From positions 3,680,001 through 3,744,000 of the forward strand of contig CBDDFZ010000001.1 of assembly GCA_965227515.1 (NCBI GenBank): a stretch of 64,000 nucleotides of DNA, written 5' to 3'. Made by a program: the position numbers and the translations under genes. Shown here piece after piece: positions 48,383-57,060 of the stretch. The notes under the pieces are model-generated. The model was not told the DNA's origin. It saw only the letters and a list, made by a program, of their open reading frames with translations, and ran no database searches. Source of the DNA: Alphaproteobacteria bacterium. Lineage in GTDB: Bacteria; Pseudomonadota; Alphaproteobacteria; CALKHQ01. Within the stretch, counting starts at the first letter, position 1, and each line of letters starts with the position of its first letter.

Positions 48383-49381
48383 TCAGTCGTCGTCCGAGCC
48401 GGCCACTTCCAGCATCTTCTGGTAGACGGCGTAGACCTCCGGACCCTTCTCCTGGATGTAGCCGTCCATTGCGCCGAGCACGCTGTCGCGGAACTGCTCG
48501 AAGTCCTCGGGCTCGATGACCTCGACGCCGATCTCGACCATCGCCGCGCGAGCGGCCTCGTCGGCGGCCTGGTGCAGCGAGAGCTGGTACTGGCCTGCCG
48601 CCGTCGCGGCCTCATTGATGATCTGCTGGTGCTCGGGCGACAGCGTATTCCACCAGTCCAGGTTCACCACCATCGGCTGCGGATAGAAGTTGTGCCGTGT
48701 CAGGGTGAGATACTTGGCCTGCTCGGCGAAGCCCATCGTGACGATGGATTCCGACGTCCCTTCCACCGCATCGACCACGCCGTTCTCAAGCGCGGTATAG
48801 GCCTCGCTAAAGGCGATCGCGGTCGGCGTGGCGCCCCAGGACTGCGCCAGGGCGACGAACAGCGGGGTCTGCGGAATGCGCAGGCGCAGGCCCTCCATAT
48901 CGGCGAATGTGTTCACCGGGCGGGAGGCCAGCAGATTGCGCGGACCCTGGTACATGGCGCCGACGAGGTGGAACCCCTGGGGCTCCATGAAGGCGTTCAG
49001 GTCGGGCGCGATCTCGGCGACCACACGGGCCAGATCCTCGACATCGTCGTAGGTGTAGAAGGCTTCCATCACCTCGATCTCGGGCACGAAGGCGCCGGTG
49101 CCGGGCAGTCCGCTCAGCACCATCTCCAGGCCACCGGCCCGGGTCATCTCGGCCATCTCGCGCTCCGTTCCGAGTTCCTCGGCATAGAACACCTCGACGT
49201 CGATTTCGCCGCCGGACGCTTCCTCGACCAGCCGCTCGAACTCCGCGCTGCCCTTCGAGATCGTGTGATCGACCTGATAGACCGTACCGACACGCAGGGT
49301 GACTTCCTGCGCGACCGCGCCCGCGGCCGATGCGGCGATGATCGCTGTCGAAGCGACCAGAATCCTGGTCAGTGCAGTCAT
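48383..49381 (-). CDS. dctP: TRAP substrate-binding protein
   Basis: Signal peptide; GLRLRIP (conserved Arg), FSEAYTALENGVVDAVE; AAGGAGG RBS. Confidence 0.92.
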   Translation of the reverse strand: MTALTRILVASTAIIAASAAGAVAQEVTLRVGTVYQVDHTISKGSAEFERLVEEASGGEIDVEVFYAEELGTEREMAEMTRAGGLEMVLSGLPGTGAFVPEIEVMEAFYTYDDVEDLARVVAEIAPDLNAFMEPQGFHLVGAMYQGPRNLLASRPVNTFADMEGLRLRIPQTPLFVALAQSWGATPTAIAFSEAYTALENGVVDAVEGTSESIVTMGFAEQAKYLTLTRHNFYPQPMVVNLDWWNTLSPEHQQIINEAATAAGQYQLSLHQAADEAARAAMVEIGVEVIEPEDFEQFRDSVLGAMDGYIQEKGPEVYAVYQKMLEVAGSDDD

Positions 49382-49545
49382 AGTGCTTTCCTCCTTCGGG
49401 CCGGATTGCACCGGCTTTTTGGCAACGGCTGACGCGCGGCTTCGACCGTCGTCACAGTTGGGCTCGAATGCGGTTGTTCCCCCCGGGCCACACCTTGCCA
49501 TCTCGGTTGTCTAGCCAAGGCCCGGCCGGATGACGGCCGCACTCT

Positions 49546-49673
49546 TGAAACCGCTTACTTTTTAGAAAGCCGAAGACCGGCTGTCAACGCCTACGCGCCA
49601 GTTTTCCGCCAGTCTGGCCCGCAATGCCATGCACTTCGCCGCTGATTGCTTCAACATCGTGGAAGCGATTACA
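49546..49673. promoter_or_regulatory. Two LacI-type (cre-like) sites upstream of dctP
   Basis: TGAAACCGCTTACT (49546) and TGGAAGCGATTACA (49660) fit TGNAANCGNTTNCA. Confidence 0.5.
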
Positions 49674-49701
49674 GAACCGCAAACCAAGACCAGCGCGCCG
49701 G

Positions 49702-51810
49702 TCACAGGGAGCCGGCAACATGCGCTGCGTTCCGGAACGCGAGCGCCATGATGGTAAGCACCGGGTTGAACCCGCCATTGGTCGGGTGCAGAGAGGCATC
49801 GCAAACAAACAGGTTGTCGTGGCCCCAAACCCGGCCGTAGCGGTCGGTTACCCCATGCGCCGGATCGGTTCCCATGCGGCAGGTACCGGCCTGGTGCTGG
49901 TAGGCGGACAGACGCCGTGACGGCGTCATCGTCCACGCCCGCCGAGCGCCCGACGCCTCCACCCAGGCCCGCGCCTTGCCGGCGATGAAGTCCACGCTCC
50001 TCATGGTTTCGTCGTGCACCACCCCCGACAGATGCGCCACCGGCAGGCCGTGTCGGTCGCGCACATCGCGGGCGAGCGCCACGCGGCACGTCGGGTCCGG
50101 GATCTCGTGCACCGGCCCCCTGACCTGGAGCACGTGGCGATAGGCCTCGCGCATGAACGTCTTCGCTGGCGCACCCCAGCGCGGCAGATCCGGCGGCAGC
50201 GCGTTGGTCCAGAAACCGATGGGCGTCATGACGAAGTCGTTGGCCAGCATCGCACCGCCGATGACGCCCGGATTGCCGTGATTGTAGGCGCAGGTCGCCA
50301 CGGATGGCCCTGGGCCGACGCAGTCCTCGACCTCCTCGTCGAACAGCCCGAACGCGGTCGGGTAGAGGTGGCCTTGCAGATTGCGCCCGACCAGATCGCG
50401 GTTGTTGCCGAGCCCTTCGGGATCGGTGGCAGTGGCCGAGTTCAGCAGCAGCCGGGCGCTCTCTATGGCGCCGCAGGAAACGACGACGGCGCGGGCCGTT
50501 GCGTAGCGCGCCACTGTCTGGCCCGTCTCGTCGGTTGTGAAGTAGTCCAGGCCGGTGGCCCTGCCCCGCGGGTCTGTCACAATCCGCGCCGCCATCGCGC
50601 CGGTCACCAGGGTACAGCGTCCCGTTGCCAGCGCGCGTGGGATCGCCGTGTTCTGCGTGCCGTTCTTGGCGTCGACCGGGCACGGGAAGCCGACGCAGCT
50701 TGCGCAGCCGACACATGCGGGCCGGCCGGCACGTGGCACGGTGTTGATCGCCAGCGGTGGCGCGAACGCGTCGATGCCGAGTTGCGATGCCCCACGCCGC
50801 AGCACTTCGGTCGCGTTACCGCCTTGCACCGGTGGCATCGGATAGGCGCGATCGCGACGGCCCGGCATTCCACGCGCCGCACCGTCGCCGGCGACCCCGA
50901 TCTCCCATTCCGCGCGCTCGTACCAGCGCGCCAGGTCGTCATAGCCGATCGGCCAGTCGGTCAGCGACGACCCCTCGGGCACCCCGTAGCGTGAGGCCAT
51001 GCGGAAGTCGCCCGGGTGGAACCGCCACGCCAGTGCGCCATAGACCAGTGTGCCGCCGCCGACGCACGAGGCGTTGTTGTGGTAGTCGAACGCGTGCGGT
51101 TGCACGATGCGCTCGCAGCCGTCCGGGGCACGGAACGCGCGCGGATGGCCTTCCAGCGGCGGCCCGGTGTTGTGGCCATATCGGGTCAGGCGGTGGTTGC
51201 GCAGATGGTCGCGGTGGCCGTCAGCACCATGGCCGCGTTCCAGCAGCAGCACCGTCTTTCCGGCCTCCGCTAGCACGCAGGCGACGATGCCACCGGCGGC
51301 CCCTGCCCCGACCACAACGACGTCGTAATCATCGCCGTGTGGGGCGCCAGTTGCACCGAGCGACACGTCGTCAGGCGCGCGAGCGTTTGCGGCGTCGATT
51401 GGCAGCCTTTGGTCATAGCCGATCATCCGCCATGCCAGTGCGCCCGCATTGCCGCCATTGCCCGGATCGGCAAAGGCGCCCTCCGCCACCAGCGCGGTCA
51501 CCGCCTCGAACCACCCGTCGCCCGCGACAGCGCCGAGCAACCGATCCTGCTCGTCCGGACCGAGATCTGTGAACGGCGCACCGTGGGCCCGCCGCGCGGC
51601 AGCGTCGAGCGCGCTCAGGCCGGCCGCAATCAGCGGCACCTGGAACGCCGACTCTCGCCAGAGTTGTCGCGTGACATAGTCATCGGCCCCGACATCGAGC
51701 GCGCCTGGCCCATCGTCCCCGGGCAGAATCCGGCCCGTGACGGCCCTGAGACATGGCCAGTCGGACGCGATACCGGGCGGCGGCGTTGGCTTGGCCGCCG
51801 TGCCGGTCAT
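49702..51810 (-). CDS. GMC oxidoreductase fused to an N-terminal gluconate-2-dehydrogenase subunit-3-like domain
   Basis: N-terminal ILPGDDGPGA...EGAFADPGNGGN...WRMIGY; then GAGAAG, GGGTLVY, CVGCASCVGFPCP, HQAGTCRMG, NPVLTIMALA. Confidence 0.82.
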   Translation of the reverse strand: MTGTAAKPTPPPGIASDWPCLRAVTGRILPGDDGPGALDVGADDYVTRQLWRESAFQVPLIAAGLSALDAAARRAHGAPFTDLGPDEQDRLLGAVAGDGWFEAVTALVAEGAFADPGNGGNAGALAWRMIGYDQRLPIDAANARAPDDVSLGATGAPHGDDYDVVVVGAGAAGGIVACVLAEAGKTVLLLERGHGADGHRDHLRNHRLTRYGHNTGPPLEGHPRAFRAPDGCERIVQPHAFDYHNNASCVGGGTLVYGALAWRFHPGDFRMASRYGVPEGSSLTDWPIGYDDLARWYERAEWEIGVAGDGAARGMPGRRDRAYPMPPVQGGNATEVLRRGASQLGIDAFAPPLAINTVPRAGRPACVGCASCVGFPCPVDAKNGTQNTAIPRALATGRCTLVTGAMAARIVTDPRGRATGLDYFTTDETGQTVARYATARAVVVSCGAIESARLLLNSATATDPEGLGNNRDLVGRNLQGHLYPTAFGLFDEEVEDCVGPGPSVATCAYNHGNPGVIGGAMLANDFVMTPIGFWTNALPPDLPRWGAPAKTFMREAYRHVLQVRGPVHEIPDPTCRVALARDVRDRHGLPVAHLSGVVHDETMRSVDFIAGKARAWVEASGARRAWTMTPSRRLSAYQHQAGTCRMGTDPAHGVTDRYGRVWGHDNLFVCDASLHPTNGGFNPVLTIMALAFRNAAHVAGSL

Positions 51811-51814
51811 CGTC

Positions 51815-53395
51815 TTATGTACGCACCGCGCGGACCGGTTCGGCACCCGTTGCGGTGTCGGGCGAGGCCGCGCCGGCCAGCAATGTCGCGGGATAGGTCG
51901 CGCACTGCGGCGCGACGGAGACCGGGAACGCGATCCGGTCCAGCACATCGGCCTGCAGGTCGATGCCGGGTGCGATGTCGGTCAGCACCAATCCCTCCGC
52001 CGTCAGCGCAAACGTCGCCCGGTCGGTGACCATGGTGACGCGCTTGCCGGCGGCGAGCGCATCGGGACCGCTGAACGTGATCTGCCCCACCCGGTCGACG
52101 AAGCGCTGGATGCGCCCTTCCTGCTCGATGACGATGCCCTGTGCGCCGACGGTCTCGGCGAGCCCGCCGGTGGTCAGCGTGCCGCAGAAGATCAGGTCGT
52201 CGATGCCGTGGGTGATGTTGATGAACCCGCCGCAGCCGGGCAGCATGTCGCCCAGGCGGCTGACGTTGACACATCCCACCCGGTCGACCTCGCCGAACGA
52301 GAGAACCGCCACGTCCGGCCCACCACCCTCGTAGAACTGGAACACTTCGTTCTGGTCCAGGATCAGCTCCGGATGGCGCGCGACGCCGCCGACCTGGGGC
52401 CAACCGCCCATCGGCCCCTGCTCGACGGTGAAGTAGATGTCGTCGCGGCCCATCGCCCGCGCCATTTCCGGCACGTCATACATCGGCAACCCGGCGCCAA
52501 GGTTGACCATCGCGCCGTCGGGCAGGCGCGAGACGACCAGACGGGCGATCAGGTCGCGCGGCAGGTTGCGGTCGGCTGGCGGCGCCAGTGGCGGCCGGCC
52601 GGCACCGGTCAGCACGGCCGCCTGCTCATCCTCCCAAACGTCCGCATTGACGACAACCGTGTCGACGATGGCGCCCGGAATGCGGCCCATACGCGGGTGG
52701 ATGGCGCCGACCGGCACGAACCGGTTGACCTCGGCAATGACCCGGCCGCCGCAGTTGTGCGCCGCCATCGCCAGTTCGATGGTCCCGTGGTCGAACGCCT
52801 CGCGGTCGAAGTAGAGGTTGCCGCGCTCGTCGGCCGCGCTGGCCTTGACCAACGCCACGTCCACCGGCAGGCGCGGATAGTAAATCTGCTCCTCGCCCTC
52901 GATGTCGATGATGCGGCAGATTTCGGTGTCGGCGCGCGGGTTCACCCGCCCGCCCTCGATGCGCGGGTCGACGAAGGTGCCGATGCCGACCGGCGTGGCG
53001 AAACCCCGCCGGCCCGCAGCCGTCGCCCGCAGCCACTGGATCAGCGTGCCCATCGGCACGTTGTAGGCGGCGACCGTGTTGTCGGCGATGGCACGGTTGA
53101 GCTCGTTGGCGGCGGAACGCGAGAAGCTGGAGGTGATGACCCGCGCCATCATCCCCTCGATGGCCAGCCGGTTGAGGCCGGACGCCAGGCCGCCCTTGCC
53201 GGCCCGCGCGCGCTCGATCATCGCCACCGCGACAATCGTCAGGTCGCGCGGACTCCCGTGCTCCAGATATGATGTGGCCAGCGCGTCGATCAGCGCGTTC
53301 GGGACCACGCGGTAGCCGCCACCGGAGACCGCGACGCAGGCGCCGTTGCTGATCTGGCCGACGGCGTCGGCGGGCTCGGAGACGGTGATGCCCAT
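51815..53395 (-). CDS. Family I CoA-transferase (fused alpha/beta, YdiF/propionate-CoA-transferase-like)
   Basis: VGIGTFVDPRIEGG, ADERGNL, NLGAGLP, catalytic VEQG, GCGGFINI. Confidence 0.88.
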   Translation of the reverse strand: MGITVSEPADAVGQISNGACVAVSGGGYRVVPNALIDALATSYLEHGSPRDLTIVAVAMIERARAGKGGLASGLNRLAIEGMMARVITSSFSRSAANELNRAIADNTVAAYNVPMGTLIQWLRATAAGRRGFATPVGIGTFVDPRIEGGRVNPRADTEICRIIDIEGEEQIYYPRLPVDVALVKASAADERGNLYFDREAFDHGTIELAMAAHNCGGRVIAEVNRFVPVGAIHPRMGRIPGAIVDTVVVNADVWEDEQAAVLTGAGRPPLAPPADRNLPRDLIARLVVSRLPDGAMVNLGAGLPMYDVPEMARAMGRDDIYFTVEQGPMGGWPQVGGVARHPELILDQNEVFQFYEGGGPDVAVLSFGEVDRVGCVNVSRLGDMLPGCGGFINITHGIDDLIFCGTLTTGGLAETVGAQGIVIEQEGRIQRFVDRVGQITFSGPDALAAGKRVTMVTDRATFALTAEGLVLTDIAPGIDLQADVLDRIAFPVSVAPQCATYPATLLAGAASPDTATGAEPVRAVRT

Positions 53396-53443
53396 GCGTT
53401 AGGTTGCCCTGGACTGCTCTTGAGGTTGGCCGGGATTGTATAT

Positions 53444-53635
53444 ATGAAAGCGCTTCCATTCACAACCGCGCGACCCGTCGCCAGGCTGAATTCCGACCAT
53501 TCGATGAACCACGTGCTGAAACCGACCGGCTTCGCTCTCGCATCGGCGGATCAGTATGTGTACCGCTTACATCACGATGCGCCGGGCCTGCCTGCAGACC
53601 CTCACCGCCCGACCTGACCACTGAGGCCGCTTTCA
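53444..53635. promoter_or_regulatory. LacI-type sites in the divergent promoter region
   Basis: ATGAAAGCGCTTCCAT (53444-53459), GTGTACCGCTTACA (53558-53571), TGAGGCCGCTTTCA (53622-53635). Confidence 0.55.
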
Positions 53636-54574
53636 ATGCCGCATCCCTTTCAGACCGGTGTCATTCCCGCAATCGTGACGCCATTCGACACCGACGCGTC
53701 CGTCGATTGGAACACCTATGACCGCTACGTCGCCGATGTCGCGGCCGCCGGTCCGACCGCGATCGCGGTCAACATGGCGGCCGGCGAGGCAACGGCGCTG
53801 GAACGCGACGAGCAGATAGAAGCGGTGCGGCGGGCGAAGGCGGCAGTCGCCGGCGCCTGCCCGATCATCACCGGCGTGATCGCGACCCACACTGCCGGAG
53901 CCGTAGCCCACGGCAAGCGGCTGCGCGACGCCGGTGCGCAAGGAGTAGTGCCGTTTCCAATCCTGCCCCAGTTCATGAACAAGCCGCTGCCGGCCGCCAT
54001 GGTGGCCGACTATCACGCCGCCATCGCCGAGGCGACGGCGCTGCCGATGATCGCGTTCCAGACTGCTGTCGCCGCCTACCCCGCCGGTACCGTCGCGCGA
54101 CTGGCCGAGATCGACGGGCTGGTCGCGATCAAGGACGCCGCGTTCGACTTCGACCGCGCATGGGAGCTGCTGGAGGAGGTGCGCCAGACCGGCGGCCGGA
54201 TGACGGTGCTGACCGGCAACGACACTTTCATCCTGGAGGCGCTGCTGATGGGGGCCAGCGGTGCGCTGATCGGCTATGCCGCGACCTTCACCAAGGCGTT
54301 GATGGAGATGCAGGCGCTGGCCGCCGCCGGCCAGGCGACCGAGGCCTACGCCATATGGAACGACCTCGCACCGCTGGCTCGGGTGTGCTGGAGCAGCCCG
54401 CTGCGCGACTACCGCGCGCGAATGAAGTACATCCTGGCCAGGCAGGGCGTGTTTCCGAACTTCATCACCCGGGCGCCGCAGACCCCGGCCAGCGACGAGG
54501 ACCGCGCGGCCATCGACCGGTTGTTCGAGGTCCATGGCCTCGCCGACGCCCGGTTCCTGCCGGCCGGGCACTGA
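53636..54574 (+). CDS. Atypical DHDPS-family protein
   Basis: VTPF, AIKDA Lys, TGND; NMAAGE replaces GTTGE and AFQ replaces the catalytic Tyr motif. Confidence 0.82.
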   Translation: MPHPFQTGVIPAIVTPFDTDASVDWNTYDRYVADVAAAGPTAIAVNMAAGEATALERDEQIEAVRRAKAAVAGACPIITGVIATHTAGAVAHGKRLRDAGAQGVVPFPILPQFMNKPLPAAMVADYHAAIAEATALPMIAFQTAVAAYPAGTVARLAEIDGLVAIKDAAFDFDRAWELLEEVRQTGGRMTVLTGNDTFILEALLMGASGALIGYAATFTKALMEMQALAAAGQATEAYAIWNDLAPLARVCWSSPLRDYRARMKYILARQGVFPNFITRAPQTPASDEDRAAIDRLFEVHGLADARFLPAGH

Positions 54575-54579
54575 CGACG

Positions 54580-55410
54580 ATGGGAACGACGATGCCGGAT
54601 ACCCCCACGAACCAGGATGTGACAACGATCGACCTTGCCGATCGTGTAGTGCTGGAGCGGCCCAGCCGGCACGTGGCGCTGGTGCGGTTCGCCCGCACCG
54701 AGAAGAAGAACGCGCTGCACAGCTCGATGGTGATCGAGCTTGGCCGCATCGTCGCCGCGCTGGAAGATGACGACGATGTCCGCTGCCTCGTCATCACCGG
54801 CGGGGACGAGATGTTTGCGGCCGGCGCCGACATCAAGGAAATGGTCGCGCGCGGGCCGGCCGGCACATCGAACAATCCGAACCGGGTGGAAGCGTGGCGC
54901 CGCATCGAGCGCTTCGCCAAGCCGATGATCGCGGCCGTCAACGGCATCGCCTTCGGCGCCGGCAACGAACTGGCCATGGTGTGCGATTTCATCGTTGCCG
55001 GCAGCAACGCCCAGTTCGGCCAACCCGAGGTCAAGATCGGCGGCATGGCCGGCGACGGCGGCACCCAACGCCTGCCGCGCAAGGTCGGCCCGCAGATGGC
55101 CGCCTACATGCTGTTCACCGGCGACCCCATCGACGCCGACACCGCGCTCCGCCTCGGCATGGTGGTGGAGGTCTGCGCGCCCGACCGCACCATTGCCCGC
55201 GCGGTCGAGATCGCCGAGACCATCGCGACCAGGGCGCCCGTCGCGGTGCGCAACACCAAGGCGTGCATTCGTACCGCCGTGGGAGCCACCCTGGAGAACG
55301 GCATCGCCTTCGAGCGCGATGCGATCTGGCGCAACTCGATGGCTGAGGACCGGCGCGAGGGCATGACCGCGTTCGTCGAGAAGCGCCCGCCGAACTTCAA
55401 GGGGCGGTAG
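54580..55410 (+). CDS. Enoyl-CoA hydratase/isomerase
   Basis: KKNAL, FAAGADIKEM, AVNGIAFGAGNEL, GQPEVKIG, AFVEKRPPNFKGR. Confidence 0.9.
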   Translation: MGTTMPDTPTNQDVTTIDLADRVVLERPSRHVALVRFARTEKKNALHSSMVIELGRIVAALEDDDDVRCLVITGGDEMFAAGADIKEMVARGPAGTSNNPNRVEAWRRIERFAKPMIAAVNGIAFGAGNELAMVCDFIVAGSNAQFGQPEVKIGGMAGDGGTQRLPRKVGPQMAAYMLFTGDPIDADTALRLGMVVEVCAPDRTIARAVEIAETIATRAPVAVRNTKACIRTAVGATLENGIAFERDAIWRNSMAEDRREGMTAFVEKRPPNFKGR

Positions 55411-55552
55411 CCCTCACCCTCCCATCCGGCTGCGCCGGACGGGTCCCTCCCTCTCCCACTCTGCGGGAGAGGGGTTTCAAGCCGCGCGCCATCCCCTCTC
55501 CCCTCGTGGGAGAGGGAGGGGCCCGGCGCCGAAGGCGTCGGGAGGGTGAGGG
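55411..55552. repeat. REP-type palindromic element (CCCTCACC...CCCTCTCCC/GGGAGAGGG family)
   Basis: CCCTCACCCTCCC...CCCTCTCCC..GGGAGAGGGG and mirror arm ending GGGAGGGTGAGGG, between convergent genes. Confidence 0.8.
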
Positions 55553-55569
55553 GCAATAACCGGCGCAAC

Positions 55570-57060
55570 TTATCCTGCCGGATTGAGCTGCATGAACAGC
55601 GACTTGAGCTGGGTGAACTCGTCCACCGAGACCCGGCCGCGTTCGTGGCCCAGCCCGCTGTCGCCGCGCCCGGCAATCGGCATCTCCGGCGTCGCCGCCA
55701 GGAACGCGTTTATCTCCACGGTGCCGACGTTCAGGCGCCGGCCCATCTGCAGCGCACGGTCCAGATCGCGGGTCCACAGCCCGGCCAGCAGGCCATAGCT
55801 GGAATCGTTGGCGATCCGGACGGCTTCGTCGGCGGTCTCGAAGGCAGACACCGTCAGCACCGGCCCGAACACCTCCTCGCGGAAGATGCTCATATCGGAG
55901 CCGACATTGGTGAACACCGTTGGGTTCACGAAGTGGCCGGCGGGCAGATCCGGCCGCAGGCCCATCCGCCAGCGCGTTTCCGCACCGGCCGCCGCACCGT
56001 CGGCGATGTAGCCTTCGACCCGTGCCTTCTGGGCATCGCTGACGACCGGGCCCATGGTGGTCCGCGGGTCGAGCGGGTCGCCGATGTTGAGCTTCGCGAT
56101 CTCGGCGGTGACCGCCTCGACAAACCTGTCGGCAACGGACCTCTCGACCACGAGGCGCGAACCGCTGACGCACGCCTGGCCGGCATTGCGGGTGATGCCG
56201 AGCGCGACCTTCTCGGCGGCGAGCGCTAAGTCGGCATCGGCGAATACGATGTGCGCGCCCTTGCCGCCCAGTTCCAGCGACACCTTCTTCAGCTTCTCGC
56301 CTGATTTGCGCGCGATCAACCGCCCGACCCGCGTCGAGCCGGTAAACGACACCATGTCGACCTCGGGCGACGTGGTCAGGCCCTCGCCGAGATCGGCGCC
56401 GGTGCCGGCAACGATGTTGACCACCCCCGGCGGTAGCCCGGCTTCCGTGATCAACTCGCCCAGCCTGAGCGTCGAGCCGGAGGTGAGTTCGCTCGGCTTG
56501 ACCACGGCGGTGCAGCCGACGGCGAGCGCGAACGGCAGTTTCTGCGAGATGATCAGCAGCGGATAGTTCCATGGCGTGATCATCGAGACGACACCCACCG
56601 GTTCGCGCAGAATCAGGCCCAGCGCGCCGTTGCCGACATTGTCGTAGGTATCGCCGGCCACCTGCCTGGCGAGCGCCGCGGCATACTCCCAGTGCGCGAT
56701 CGCACCGTTGATCTCGCGCTCGACCAGGCCGATCGGCTTGCCGACCTCCAGGCACTCGATGGCACAGAACTCGGCACGGTTGGCGTCGATCAGGCCGGCG
56801 ACCCGTAATAGGGCCTTGGCGCGGTCCGCCGCCGACAACCCGGCCCAGACGCGGTTGTCGGCCGCGCGGCGCGCAGCGGCAATCCCAGCCGACAGGTCTT
56901 CGGCGGTCGCGGTGGGGTAGACGCTGACCGGTTTCAGATGGGCCGGGTTCTCGCGCACGATGGGCGCGCGGTCGCCGGCCGGAATGAACGCGCCATCGAT
57001 CAGCGCCGCGAACGCACGCGGTTCGGTTGGCAGGGCCAGCGGTTGGGCTTCGATTGTCAT
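55570..57060 (-). CDS. NAD(P)-dependent aldehyde dehydrogenase (L-sorbosone-DH-like)
   Basis: ITPWNYP, FTGST, LELGGK, NAGQACV (Cys), EEVFGPV. Confidence 0.9.
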   Translation of the reverse strand: MTIEAQPLALPTEPRAFAALIDGAFIPAGDRAPIVRENPAHLKPVSVYPTATAEDLSAGIAAARRAADNRVWAGLSAADRAKALLRVAGLIDANRAEFCAIECLEVGKPIGLVEREINGAIAHWEYAAALARQVAGDTYDNVGNGALGLILREPVGVVSMITPWNYPLLIISQKLPFALAVGCTAVVKPSELTSGSTLRLGELITEAGLPPGVVNIVAGTGADLGEGLTTSPEVDMVSFTGSTRVGRLIARKSGEKLKKVSLELGGKGAHIVFADADLALAAEKVALGITRNAGQACVSGSRLVVERSVADRFVEAVTAEIAKLNIGDPLDPRTTMGPVVSDAQKARVEGYIADGAAAGAETRWRMGLRPDLPAGHFVNPTVFTNVGSDMSIFREEVFGPVLTVSAFETADEAVRIANDSSYGLLAGLWTRDLDRALQMGRRLNVGTVEINAFLAATPEMPIAGRGDSGLGHERGRVSVDEFTQLKSLFMQLNPAG

